DNA of 64,000 bases from Tubiluchus corallicola (Eukaryota; Animalia; Priapulida), in the NCBI GenBank assembly GCA_030141605.1, contig JAQGDQ010000046.1:558001-622000 (forward strand), in the 5' to 3' direction. The stretch's first letter is position 1. The number at the start of each line of letters is the position of its first letter. The notes beneath the pieces are model-generated. The model searched no databases and was not told the origin of the DNA. It saw only the letters and a list, made by a program, of their open reading frames with translations. Below, one piece after another: positions 12,301 through 27,300 of the stretch. Made by a program: the position numbers and the translations under genes.

Positions 12301-15300
12301 ACAGGTATAAAAAAAGATTTAATATGGAGTGAAAACAGGGGGTGCTGCAGTGCTTCATGCGCGTTCTTCAATGATTAAAAAAAACTTACCCCCTAATCGC
12401 TCAATCCTTTCCTGTTTTAATGTAAGATTCATGAATTCTGTTTTAAATGTCGATGGTTCTTGGTTTACAGCTTTGTGTAAGAGAATAGCACTAGAGGCAT
12501 GGTTAATGAAATCGAGACAATTTAATGACACGTGTCTACTCTGGTTTGCCTGCAAAATTATTTACTGTCATCAACTAAATATGCTCTAATTGAAAATAAC
12601 ATGCTTACAAAGTTCTAGCTGCAGAAATAGTTACAACTGTGCAAGTAAAAGTGAAATTACATAGAAGTATTTTGCTTAAAAACACGTGATTAAAGCTATT
12701 TCATTTTGTTAAGTGCTGCTATGCAAAATGGCTTGCACTGAAAAAAATTAGCAAGACAAATTTGCTTTAAAGCAAGCAAGGCAACACAGATACATAAGTA
12801 ACACAAATACAAAAAATTCAGGTGATGAAGTCATTGTACTCCACTCTAGCAACCATTGTTTACTAAATAATGTATTATTATGTATAACTACAAGGTTTCT
12901 AAAGCAATTTTCAATATTAACAAAGCTCTCTAAACGTGCATGTTTGAATTATTTACAACTACGATTCTGTACGACCGACTAGTATACGGTTACGGTGAAA
13001 CCAAATGAGGGCTAAATATGATTTGCCGAAAGTTTAGCTCAATAAAACTTTATTAGTATAAGAAAATGAAAGAAAAGCAATGTCGAAATTTTATGCCAAT
13101 AAAGATATTCTTCACAAGGAACTAATTTCATAAACTTGTGAAAATAAGCAAAATATTTAGTATAACAAATAAATGATTTTGACAAGTTTACTATTATTAG
13201 CCAAATCAATTTTTCTATCCTGTTTTCACAACTTGATTTTTGACTAGTTTGACTTGATTTTGTAAAAACAGTTACTGCGTGTTAAAGGAAAATGGACCCA
13301 ATCTTGAACTATAGTTCAAAACAATCTACCTCATAAAGTATTGAATAGGAACAGACTATTTTTTAAAGAATGGCTTATGCGAAAGAATTATTTATGCAGA
13401 AATCTAATGTTGGATTCGCAAAGCAAGTCATGTACTTCATAATTTGTTAATTAAATGGGCACTAGCACCTGCGCCTCGACACTGTCTTCCGAGTTCAGAG
13501 ATGTGGTTAAGTTGTGATGTGGCGCACACGTTTGAAAGCTCAGGCGAGAACACAGAACTCTTCACATAAAGCTAAAAAATTTTGCTTTGAAATTTATACC
13601 ACCTACTGCCTTATTGCACACAAAGCTTGTATTACTAGCAAACTGTATAAAACTTGAACATCTAAACTACTGTGATGACCTTTAGGCAAAGCCAATTTGA
13701 CAATAGATCTTTTGACAACAAGTTCAAGTAACATTGTGCAAGCTTTCAAAAAATAAACACAGGATGAGTAGTGCACACTTCACTAACTAAACAAAAGTGT
13801 AAATTACTTTATCTTGTCAATAAATGAAATAATGTTTGTTTTGGTGAGTCAGTGGTGCACAGTGGGAAGGTGAATCAATGAGTACTTTACCAGTTGGCAT
13901 TAGCATTTTAATTTACTACAAATTTTCTTTTCTAGTTACACAAGTCTTTCAAACAGGTAAGCATAATGCAAAGTAATATTACTTTGCATGTATACAAAAT
14001 TTTCTAGCATCTTATTTTAAAAGTGATCCCCTTTTTCAAAATTGCAGAGTTTTTGTTTATATCACAGTGAATGTTGCACAGTAGTAGTGTACTTCAATTT
14101 TCTTTTTCACAAACACATGCAACACCTTTGCAGAATTCTGTGCTGTTGAAAATTATGTTCAGTTGTGATGTCATCACTAGCTGAGCTCGCCTGTCATTTA
14201 AATTTGTAACATATTACTTAGTTATTAGAAAGACTACGGCATTATCATAGGTATTAAAATGTATACTATTATACTTCAAAATGAGGTAGGACATGAAAAA
14301 TCATCCCGTTTTCCTTAAACATTTGCAGAAATCTAAAATGTATATACGTTTACAACTAGTATTAACATGTAAAATAGAAGGTTACTAATAAGAAACTGCT
14401 ACATGTACATTTTTAGACTTGGGGTGAAAACCAATTAAATAATCTAATGCCTTGCCCGACTACGGCAGATGGTGGATTTGATGACGATGATGAGCTGGCT
14501 TGCTATATATCATTAAAATAATAACAAAAATGACAGATTAACACTAAAATCTTAATTATAATTAATTCTCGGGAATATTACCGGAGGTAAAACGTCTGGG
14601 TTTATTCCACTATCTTTCAATGGTATAGTTACATGTTTCACTTCTGGAAGTTGAGTATTTACAAAGTTCAGATCAGATACACCAACCATTAAATGTGAAA
14701 CTGCACTTAGGCCAGACCTGTTAAAATGGCCAATAGTTATGATTGTCTAAATAAATGAGAGAGAAAAATAAAAAAACGCTAATACTGTTAAGTATAAATA
14801 AAACACAAAATCTTGTACCAGACAGTACCTAAGAAATAACTGCGAGACATTTATAAGCTTGTATTAAAAAACAATACTTAGTAAAATAATTACTAACCAA
14901 CAATTTACATCTCAATAATCTATATTTAACTGTAAGAAACCAAACAGTGGTCATATGTAAAAAGCAACTTGTGATCTAAAATTCTGAATTTGAGGTCATG
15001 CATTAATCATTAAGTCCAATAAATAAAATTCCTTTATTAAGCCAGGGAAAATGTTAGCAGATTCATATATTTGCTGATTTTCACTCGCCTTCTTTTCTGA
15101 AAATAAGTATGAAATACTAAGAAAATAAAAATAATGATATCAACGATGATTTTCTAAGAATTCAAAAAAAGAAACTTTATCTAGAAAAAGTTACATTTGT
15201 GCAAGCAAAAGAGTTGCATTAGATGCATCACTCTTGCACACTAAAACATTAATCATGAGAAACAAAATGTAAAGCATTTCAATTATAATGACAAACGTCT

Positions 15301-18300
15301 GAAAGTATTTAAATGATCATACATTCTCATCAATTACAAAACTAGCACTATTTTAAAACCTGGATGTATTTTCCAGTTCAGACAACTCAATAGTATGAGC
15401 ATTGTTCTTCATAAATCTTCCAACCTCTTCCAGTTTCCATGCAGCATGTACCTAGTAAGCAGAAAAACCTACAAAATTTCACAGAAATGAGTAACACAAA
15501 TTACTACCTAACTTTCAATCAAAGGGAACTATATCGGCTCAACTCTGTTAAATGCCAACTTCCTTTATTTTAATAGACCTCTGAGGTTGATGGTGCATTT
15601 CACGGTCTCTAGTACAAAATTCGGGATAATGTGTATAATAGTCTGAGTAAATGAAATTTGGCAATAGCTAATTTGGGGCAAAGAATGGTAATTTCAAGGT
15701 TCTAATTTTTATCAATTAAATTCATGAACACCTAATCAACAAAAAAATGCTGCAATTTTTCAACAAAAAATATCTTGAACTTTCAACGTACCATGTACCA
15801 TACTACTGATTAGCATTCAGTGAAACTGTAAAATAATTTGCTAACCTTTTTATGTAAATAAACCTCCTCATGAGCACCAAGAATTTGTTGTAACATTGAA
15901 GCCACTAATTTTGCATGAGCAATATCAGTCACTTGCATTTTTATTACTATATCCATTAATTCTCCTCTTATCTGAAACAAGCAGAGCAAATGCCATTATA
16001 CTAACTAAGTATGGTACTCGAAAAGTCTCCCATTACTAAATTCAAATTACACACTTAAGTTTTTCTCTTACTTTTGTTTTACTACTACATGCTTCTTTCA
16101 ATCCAAACAACATTTAAGTAATACTAGTTTTTGTTGTAGCTGGAAAAACTTAAGACCTAAGCTTCATGATTTTCAGATAAAAATGACCAAAGTAATAGTG
16201 GTGACTACAACATCCTCAAGACCCCGAGCCTTTAGTTTCCAGTTCAAATACATTTTCAAATTGGCCATCCATCAATATGAAATAGAAAAAAATGCATTTT
16301 TTAAAAAGCAGGATCCAATCAACAGCAGGGGCGGATCGAGGATTTTTGAAAGGGAGGGATCTAACCGTGACCAAGCAAAGACGCGAAAGCTGGGGGGCTG
16401 CTTCATCAGCCGCTCAACAAGGGGGTCTAAGAGAAATGCATTTTAATCCATTTTTCAGCCTTGTGAAGCATATTTTAAAAAAAAAATATTAACTAAATTT
16501 TTTGGACATTTGTGTCTGACATTGTAGTTATAACATCAACTGCTATTACCCTGTGAAACGAATAAGAAAAAAACGACATTGAAATTCTTGTACACCAATG
16601 CCATTTTTATTGCCTTGTGATTGTCTTCTTGCTGTCTCTGCATTATCACTGCAGAAAATTATTAGTTTTCTCATCAGATGTCATTTCAGGTTAATATTAT
16701 TGGTCCACGAGCCCTAATTAACCGCTTTGTTGAATACCAAAATTGCAATGACAGCTTATGTATTATTCGGGGAATAAAAACATCAAAATGTTTTTAAAAA
16801 AACATATTATTTCTGTGCATTGTTATATTATTGTTATTTTATCTATAATTTCAAATAAGGTTTCTGCAATACATACTAAACTATCTGTCTAAATGCACTA
16901 AATAATAATTATTATAATTACTGATATTACTAATTTAGTAACCTTAACTACAAGCACAGCTGGAAGTGTAGCTGAATTTTGCACACACTCGCAATACATT
17001 TGAGTTATTATCTACAGCTAAAGCAGGATTGTTCAATTACTAATAGTCAGTTACAGCCTGTAATAAAACAATTAACACAGCACAGCAAACATCTAGGTAG
17101 ATCAAGGATCTAATTATAGCAGGAAACAAGCACATTGACTGTAGTTACCAAGCCTTACACGGGCGGGATCATGAATCATTTTCTTTAAGCACTCTAGCAC
17201 TCAAACACTAATAAAGAATACACATTGACAAAAAATACCAAAAATGAAAATTTATGAAATTTTCACAAGATTCTATGTGTTAAGACAAGAGGTTGTCAGT
17301 AGTTATCATGCTTCATTGCTTAGCTGAATCCTTCATATAGCATACCAAGAGAGTATTCAGCTATACATTGCCATAACCCAAACAGTATACTTCTCCCATG
17401 CTGACTAGAATGCCATTCTAAATAACGAACATAACAAGTGCCAGTTGAAGCATCCAGCCAAGCAAGCAAAGAGATTATACATAAAAGTAAGATATGAGCT
17501 ATGCCCTGCAATAACAGACCCTATTAAGGTGTTGACATCACTACTGTCAGACAAGGAAAAGTACCACACCTTATGACACAATGTCAACCGCTGCTAAGCA
17601 ACCAAAGGAGTGAATATCACGCAGGTGAACAACAAATTCACAAGAGTCTGAGCAAAAGCAAGCGGTCATGAACAGTTAACAATGCTTCACTGGGTTTTGG
17701 GGATAAATTTAAAAACAAAAATTAACAAATTTCACTTGAATTTAAACATGAACGACATTAACAGAATATATTGTGGATCAAGAATGGGCATATATTTTCA
17801 ACTTGATGTCATTATTTAAAAACAACCATTTGTATTTTATAATTACAGTCTTCAGCAGATTCAAAATTTGATTCTTTTTAGAAAATTAGCCAGAGCTTTT
17901 GAGCAAAAAAGTTTTATAAAAGATCACAAGTTTCGTGTCATATGCAGTGTTTTTTTAATGATGAACTAAAATCCTCTGAAATCTACTAATTCAATTCAAC
18001 CAATAAGTAAAACACAAATCCATATAAACTCTTAAAAAGAATAAGAGCTTCTGGACCATAATACTGCATCACTATTTAAAAGCAAACTTTACATTTAAAA
18101 TTTTTTTTGGCTAATGTACATGTCTAATATTTATATTTAAACTACCAAATGACAAAAATGCAGACTTTCAGAATTGGACTACGCATCTATCTTTTTTACC
18201 TCTGTCTTTTTTTTATGCACTTCAGCTGCTGTTTCATCATCTTCAATTGCATCTTTGTCAATGTCATTTAACGAATCAACAACTGTGTTAACAATCTGAG

Positions 18301-21300
18301 ACGTTTCTGTAAACAGAAATGCTTTACATGAATCGCTTGCCTTGCAGTGTCATGACATATTCGTGGATATTAGATGTCATACATGAAAAATGAAGGACAC
18401 TCCAAATTTTGTGCACCTCAGACAAAAGAAGTATTATCATCTAGGAAACTTACTACTAATACTGCCACCACTGTTGTCTTCTATCTGACTTGTACCCGTC
18501 GATTCATTTTTCTTTGTTAATGAAGAAATGATTTCTAGCTCTTCAACAGCCTTTTCAGTTTCTGTCGAATCGATGTCGTTGTGGCCGAACGGATAGACCT
18601 GGTTTAAATGATATTTAATAGCTACAATAACTTTGCATATTCATGCAAACTAAGCAAAAATCTATAAATATAAATTAGATTATATTAGATATTTAATGTC
18701 ATTTGTCAACTGTAAATACATTACAGATGTATAAAAGTTACAGTGAGTCTGGGATAAATTAATAGTCCATATACCCAACTCATTCATGGTAACATCTTTT
18801 CCTAAACAATAATAAAATTAAAGTTAAAGCAACAAAAATATAAATAAAAAGAAAACTAGTTATAGCCAAACCATAAGATAGTTACAGAGCAATACAAATA
18901 AAATTGTTCTTAAATCCCTTGGTATTCTTTTAGTCAATATATGGATAGCTGATAAACAAAATGTCTTAAAGAGTTAGCCAAGTGTGCGCTTTAAGCCATT
19001 CTTTGTGAAAACAACAATACAATGATAATTGTGTTTTAGACGTACATTAATTGACTGGTTTTCTCTGGTGAGCTCTAAAATGGCTAACAGCATGATTAAA
19101 TGCCTAAGACAACATCAGAAAATTCAAACCTTAATACTTTACAATTTGATTATGTGAATATGACCTCCTATGGTGCACAAAATTATGAATACAATTCTCG
19201 GTCGCAGATACCTAGAATTTTACTAACTCCACACAGTTTAATTAGCTGAAATGTGTTTAGGAAACACATAATTGCTCAACTTAGATCACCAGCTACACTG
19301 GATATGGTGAAGGGCATTGTGAGCCAAAAAATGTAATGAACCGAAATAATCCATTGATTTCAATCATATACAGTGTTCCCTCACTACTTCGCGGTTTGGT
19401 TATCGTGGACTCGCTGTTTCGCGGGTTTTTGCGGTACTTCATCTAAAATATTTTTGCATATGCGTAGTACGTATTGTACAGCAATGTATATATTTGATGA
19501 ATTTTGCATAAAAAATCACAAAATGTATAAAAATATATTAAAATTCATCATCATCATTCTAGCTGTAGGACGTATCTTCAATGGTGAGTACCCACATCAA
19601 ATTTTTAAAATTACGTTTTTTTAAATTTCTAAAAATTATCTAAGTTTTTTTAAAGGTACATGTACAGTATGGGAAAAGTTATTAAGGGAATGGGAAAGGG
19701 CAAAAAGCCTACAAAAATTGCCTAATGCAAACACTAAATTTGATATAAAATTGGGCCTATATATAAAGTTTAGACTGCCTAAGTAATTGCAGTTGACAAA
19801 GACAGGGCCAAACACCAAATACTGATTAATGAATGCCCTGCAAAAACACCATATCATTTAACAATAAAAAACCACTACTGCCTGTAACTGGTAATCCTTT
19901 GCAGTCGTCATAGATTTGAATAATATAAGATTTAAGTGGATGGCAAGAATTCACAAGTCCTTGAGAGTTTTGGCATTCTTAGATTGGTGCAGTTTGCTCA
20001 GTTTGATATAGTTTACAGTACACATAGTAATACAATACATTAGGCAATAGTTTAAAGTAAAAAGTGTAGTTTTGCTGGTAACAGTTTAAAGAGCAGAAAG
20101 AATAAACTCTAAGGGACAACATTCTATATGTTACCACAGATTACAGCTTACAAAATTAATAGCTAAAATTTAACAATGACTTGCAGAAAATGCTTAGTTC
20201 ATTCAGCTCTTAATTACAAGACCAAAAACATAACAGAAAAACAAAACAAAATACAGTAAAGGCAGAAAAGTGTCACTTACTACAACAATAAAACTGGTCT
20301 GTGTAGAAGATTTGTAAACATTTGACACAATAACTAAGAGTTCTGCTTGATAGTCCTTTTCTGAATTACCAACAGGAAGAAATGCCGGGGGAAATCTCCC
20401 ATCTGCGGTGGAATACAACAGGATTTTATCTGAAATGTAGCACATGTATAATGAAATAGTTGGTGAGACAGAACGTAAAACTAACCAGCACTAATGAAAC
20501 AGCCTACTTATTTTTTTGCTGCATTTAAGAAAAGAAAAAACCTATAATCTATAAGTGTACGATATGTAGGTCTTCATATTTAGGCCAGCTTTACCTGCAT
20601 CAGATTCTACACCGGCACTGTAGTAAAACTCGTAGGTAAGAGATGAATCTTCTATAGTGTGACAATTTAACGAAAACTTTGTCGTTAATTCTGTTCCTAA
20701 GAATATGCAAAAATACTGATTACCAAAATTAATAGGAAGACTTTGGAATTACTAGCAATACCAAACAGAAAATTGAGAAAGACCATGATCTTCTTGACTT
20801 GTCATAGAGTCTTTTGAAGCTTGCTACATAAGTTTTCTCATAAACAATTTTAATTTTAGGACTAAGAAAAGCGAATAAGGTGGTGGAAAAAAATCATTTA
20901 AACAAACCATTTGCATGGCAAAAAGAAGAGTTGTCAACATAGCACAGAGACTTCAAAAGTGAAAGATAGCAAAAAAAACATCATGAAATATATTAAAATA
21001 GCAAATTAAGTAGGAGTAAAACCATATTAAGTTGATATTACTTTTAAATAAGTCAAAAACAAAATTAATAGAAATAAATATTCTAGCATTGAGTAATGTC
21101 ATTTTTCTGGGTAATGCTAAAAAATCTTCTAGCATTCTCACTCTTCTGATGTTTTATTAGAATAAAGTCTGACTACTAAAAAAGCAGATATTTATATTAA
21201 TTTACTACAAGCTTTAGTGTGAAAACACCATAAAACTCCATATTTGAGTTCCACATTTGAAAATGCATGTATCAAACATAACATATCTTAACTTAAAAAA

Positions 21301-24300
21301 AGTTGTTGTGAAAAGTTCTACAAACAATGTTAAGTTACTCAGCATGAGATACTGGACCTGTAAGTGGTATTTCAGCCCCCTTTGGAAATGCACAAAAATC
21401 TGCCCTCAATGAGGAAAACACTCATAGGCAACTAGTATGGTAGATGAAACACCTATATACTTGTGTCAAGCTCCGGTTTGCTTAACTTCAACCTAGTAAG
21501 CACATTCAGTAATTAATCACCAGTCATTACGAATTACTCTTCAAAATTTCAAGTAAACTTTCGCATACTCACAACAGATATTATAAACCCAGGAAATTTT
21601 AGTGAAATTATTTGGTATACAAAGATAATATGCTAAATCTTTACAAAAATAAACCAATCAAGTACTCTTTATGCACCTGGAGAATGCCACCTTAACACAC
21701 AAAAACACATTATTTCTGGTAATGTAAATTTAAAAAAGGTAGTTCATCTCACCTTCACACGGATCAAGCAGACAGGTCAAATTTCGAGGAGCTCTGTTAA
21801 CCACAACTAGATAAGAGCCAAAACCAGTAGCAGTTGGGCCACCTGAAGAGTGAGTTGTCAATTATCACACAAATAAACTAAGTGTTCTACTTTGAATTGT
21901 TTGATAAAAACTTGAATTTTTGTTGTTTTCTGACGTTTTATCAAGTTTACTATTAAGTTCACTTTTATCACTATCAAACGAAATTAACATAAACCCATTT
22001 CAATTTTTTCTAGTTATCTCACAGTAATATGATAACACTAACACGCACGAATTAGTTACTTGGTTTACCCATGCAAAATAACGCAGTATACGCATAAAGA
22101 TGCTCATGCACTTTGAGATATATTACATATAAGCATACAATTTATATTAGGCATAGATTCATTGTAAAAAAGCACTTGTGGAGCAGCTATAATGTCTCAA
22201 ACTGGCGAAATATAGACACAGTGAGAAAGTTTACAATAAAGTAAAAGTTAGAGTCTGGAGTTCATTGAGATAAGTCTGAAAAATCTTGTAAGTTTAAATC
22301 TTAAGTTCAAAACTTAAAGATTTAAAATTTAAGGGTTTATACCTCTAACTTCAACAATATAAGAATAATCTTCTTCTAAAGTGTTTTTTCTCACAGTAAG
22401 CATATCGGTGTTCGAGCTTATAATTATAACAGAATTATCTAAGTATTCGCCATCGATTCTAACACCGGTAGGTTCATTTGTGTCTGTATGTCTCATATAT
22501 TTCTGCACCTTCCAACTGTAGGTGGCAGCTAATAAACTGTCTTCATCGCAGCTATGGCAAACAGCTTGCAATATCAAATTTTGCACTTTGTTTACTTCTG
22601 ATGCACAATTTGTCAGACATCTAAATAATAAAAAAATAGAACAATGTTTTATTGCAAAACCACTGTAAAACAACCAGTAAGCCACTTGAGGTAGAGGCCA
22701 AAAAATCAAGAATAAGTGCACATTAAAGAACCCTGTAACACACGTTCTTTCGGGAATGTAACTGTGAAGTTTGGAACAGTAGTGTCACAATAAAACCTTG
22801 TCACAGTGAAAAACGAAAATCGGGGAAGAAAGCAGAAGTGAAGTCCCGTAAGGAACGACACTGCTAATGTGTGACTATCATTGTATTTACATGTGGGCAT
22901 GTCAAGTGGTGCGCCAGTAATGAAGAGAGACTGGGGTACTCGCTGAATGTATTTTAGCACTAAGTTCAGTCATAGCTTTGTCCACACTTACTTGAATACA
23001 CTATATTTTATAGATGAAAAGAATATTAGTAACGAGTTACAATGTGTAAAAGTTTTAGCATGACATCACTGGTATTTCATGCTGGGCTGCTTTCTTGTTC
23101 TCTGTTTTCTGTTTTCTGATGATTTCTACTTTATAAATGTTTCACTGCCAAATTTTTTGCCCAAAGTGCCATTCAGACAATGCTTCTGACAAAGAGTGAT
23201 TGTTTCTATGTTTTCCGGCATATACAATTTGTAAAATAACAGCGGATTCTTACGTATGACCGAAAAGAAAAAAACTAGACAGTAAGGAAGTAATGACAGA
23301 TTTTGTTCCCTAGGCTTTACCGACGTGTTGAGTCTGTGCAGACCGGGTATGATGTCTAGCTTAATGTGAGGTACAAAAGTAAAAGAAAATGGAAAACTAA
23401 ACAGAAATACCTTTCAGACAACATTTTTAACTCATTAAATGAGGTTCTCCCTACATTTTTAGAGACTTGGGAAAACCTTTGTGGGATTTTTTTCCAAATG
23501 TGCAAATGGGGTTTTAGAGAAAAGCTTTAAATCTTTAAGTCAAAAATATTCTCATTGTCTACAGTTTGACTGCTGTTTGGCACACATACAAGATTTTGAG
23601 CAGTCGAGCTCCTTTATTCTATGTGTAGCTGTCCAGACTTTATTTTTTGCCATGTCTAGCAAGCTAGATAGGCAATTCTATTTGTGGCAACAGGAAAGGA
23701 TGTTCTATCCTCACTTTGGTAGCATTTTGTGTCACTTTTACATTGAAGTAACGTGTAAAAAATCAGAGGTATTTCAAAATGTGAAGAAAGGGGGGTTACT
23801 GTATTAAAATCGAGAATTTCGACTAAATTGATGGGATGAAATGTTTTAATGCTAACCCAAGCTAAATGTAGCTTTTCATGAAATTTAGCTAGGAAGGTTG
23901 ATTATTACCTTATTTACAATGCCTCAAACCCAAAATAGTGGCCAGCAGCTTACTTGCAGCATGATTTAATTCCCAGGTGTACTTGACACACCTATTGTTC
24001 ATACAGCTTACACATAGTTTAAATAATAGTAGCACACTAGCATCATAGTGCTCTGTAAACTGTGTTTATTACTATGAATGAATTTGCTGTTTCTTGCAGG
24101 TTTATAAATTGAAAATTCATTCTTATAAGTTTATTTGCTATAAACAAATAAATACCATTGTAAGAAATTTTTTTATTAATAGATAAATCATTACTCAGCA
24201 ATGACTGTTCTCTGTTCAGTGCTCACAGTGCTCCACTTGCTGGGGTTGCTGGTTGTCTGTACTGCAGCTATTAAATGCCTCTTCCTTACGTGACTTCCCA

Positions 24301-27300
24301 GCACTGAGTATCATAGCAGGTGATAATATTTGTAACAGTACCAACGCGCTTAATTTAAGTTACCATATCACACAAAAGTATGCATCAGAACTGTTTTAAA
24401 AATTAGGAAATATGTAATTCCGCATATGCTATAAAAGAAAATAACATAAAAATATAGTGTCATAGGACCTTTACAATCACCTACATCATCTGTGAGTGGC
24501 CATATGAGGAAATACAAATATTTGTGCGATTACTCACCCAAGATCAAAACTGAATATGCACATTTTTGTATTGTCAAACGGTGGCAACTTAAATTTAGGA
24601 AATATAGTAGTTTGACATATCACCTGATTTTAATATCTGGTTGTATTTCATCTGTCACGATTATAGTCTGGTAAGCATACTGATATTCCTTTTCATAACC
24701 CGCCATCTGGTGTCCAAACTTTAGAGTAAATGTTAGGCTGCTTCCTTGTAGCAGAGTTTTGGCAGGTATGGTAAAATTAGGAGCTAAAACAGGATGTATC
24801 AATAAGTACTTGTTTAATACTAACATTTTTTGTTTAAGAATGTTTAAAGACGTTATGCACGTGTGTGTATGCATGCATGCGTGCGTGTGTGATTTCCAAT
24901 CCAACGTGAAATGGGATATTCATGTGGATCATATAATCAGTAAAGCAAATTCTCGACTTTCTTAAAAAAATATCATACATTGTCCCTCGTTCCACTTTGG
25001 AACACCATTATAAATCAATGATACAGCCGGTAATAGAGTGCGCTGACAAGCGTATGGTGCAATATCCAGCTGAATTGTCAGACCTACTTTAGAACATACA
25101 CAAAAACGAGCTGCATACATATGTGGTAAAGCAATGAAAGGCACCAGTACTCACAACATATTATATGAGAATTCCTTTGACTTTTTAGCAAAAAGACGTA
25201 TATTTGTGCTTTGTTTCCTACTAGATGTAACTATTTTAAATACTTGGTCTTTCCTGTATCCGTGACTGAATGGAACAATTTACAAAATTTTATAAGACTC
25301 TCCTTCTGTCAACTCATTTTGCAGCAGATACAAACAGTATCTAAAATGTTTAGCCGACTATATATTATACATATGGCTCTCATCTAGGAGGGTGCCACAT
25401 ACTCGACAGAGATTCGGCTTTTCTCAATTAAATCAGGATCTCAGCAGTCACGGATGCAGAGATAAAACTGGAAACTCACTTCAGTCAAACTGTACTTGTG
25501 GCTCCTCGCGAGAAACAGTACAACATTACTTGCTCGAGTGTCCCCAATTTACAGCAAGGAGAATGAACATTGAGGAAAAACTAACCCTGCTATATCAACA
25601 AAATGTTTTCCCATTTAATTTAAATAACTTGAATAATCAATTGAAAATTTCAGTATTTCTTTTCAGATCCTCTCAATTAAACCACGACCAAAATGTTACA
25701 TTATTTTAAACTATCCAAGTATACATGAAATCTACGAGCCACTTTTCATCAATTGATCGTATGTAGTATTATTAATTTAACATCAATATGTATTTAAACA
25801 TTACTAACACTTAACAGCCATGCACCATATTTTGTAATTCTATTTCTTCTCCATACAGCCTAAAGTATTCCTAATCAGTTTATGTATAACTGTGTACCAA
25901 AGGTTACAACTAAATAAAAATATGTTTAGAAAAAAAAGTAAATAGAACAAAGCGGCATAAAAGAAAACGTATAAAAGTAACAAAATACCTAGCAAAGGCC
26001 TATATTACACATTAGAGTTAAATGCAAAAACTGAATAATAGCCAGCAAATGATACCAAAATCTACTTGGGTGCTTTCTTGTTTTTTGTGGCAAAATAATT
26101 CGCTCCTAATGTTTGAAATAAAAACTATAATTGGTCCTATCCACAATGCATACCAACACTGCATTGGTGTTACAATCACAATTATTGCAGCAAAATGTAA
26201 TTATTTGAAACAGACTAAACAGCAACTTTGCTCTAAACATTTACAACTGAGAAAACCCACCTACCAATGTTAAAATAGACAATAGTCATATTATATCAAT
26301 GGTAAGGTTATGTGGCAATATGTCAACATAGATAGCAAAGGAATATACCTTCGAGAAGAGATGCATTATCAACCTTGTAGCAATCTTCACCGGGATAGCC
26401 TTCTTTAACACATGACCACTTGTACCTGCAACATCAGACAGACAGAATGTCGTGCAAATCTCTACTTTAATATTAAAATAAATTTAAATCAAGAGCAGTT
26501 ATAAAGGTTACAAAACAGTTGAAAACAAACAATATGGTGATAATCAGATTCATGAGAGTGTAAAATGAAACTGACAAAATAAATTTTAATCCTCAATATA
26601 TCCTGAAGTTTCAACTTCAGTCACAATCAACACCAGGAACCAGGACTGGAAATGTTTGCGACTGATGGACGTAGGCCTCGGGAATTTCCACTGGCAACTG
26701 AACACAAATTTTTACTTTACATATTTTTTGCAAAATTTTAATAGAAAAAAGTTGAGATGTTTTCTTCTCTTTAAGTATAAAAGTGTTCCACATTATAATA
26801 CTCTCAAAGTTACAACCTAATTATTATTTGAAGTAATGTTTTTTCTGCAATTTACTCGTACTCCAAAATTTAGCAGCAGTAGGATGTCCAGGTGTAATTG
26901 TATGGGCATATGCACTATGCAGTAGTTATTACTGAGGCGATCTCATTCTATAAATAAGCCTGCTATCACGCTGCATGAAGATAAGACATATTGATTTTTG
27001 CAGCAACAATACTAGCCTTCCAAGTCCTAACCAATCCACAGTATTAAAATTTCATTTCATAACAGTTTAAACTTAAAAGTGTAATCTTGCTGACTCATTG
27101 ATTTGTGGTTGGATTCAAATTATACTGCATTAATTACTGTAGCAACTGGCTTTGTCACCTAGTCAGGAACCAATATGAGTCATGTGTTAATATCTTAAAA
27201 ACATCACGGTTTAATTACTTTAGAGCACTCAAAAACACTACCTTCAGTAGTTAAGCAACATTAGACATAAGAAGTACCTAGACATGTCAGATATTTTGCA

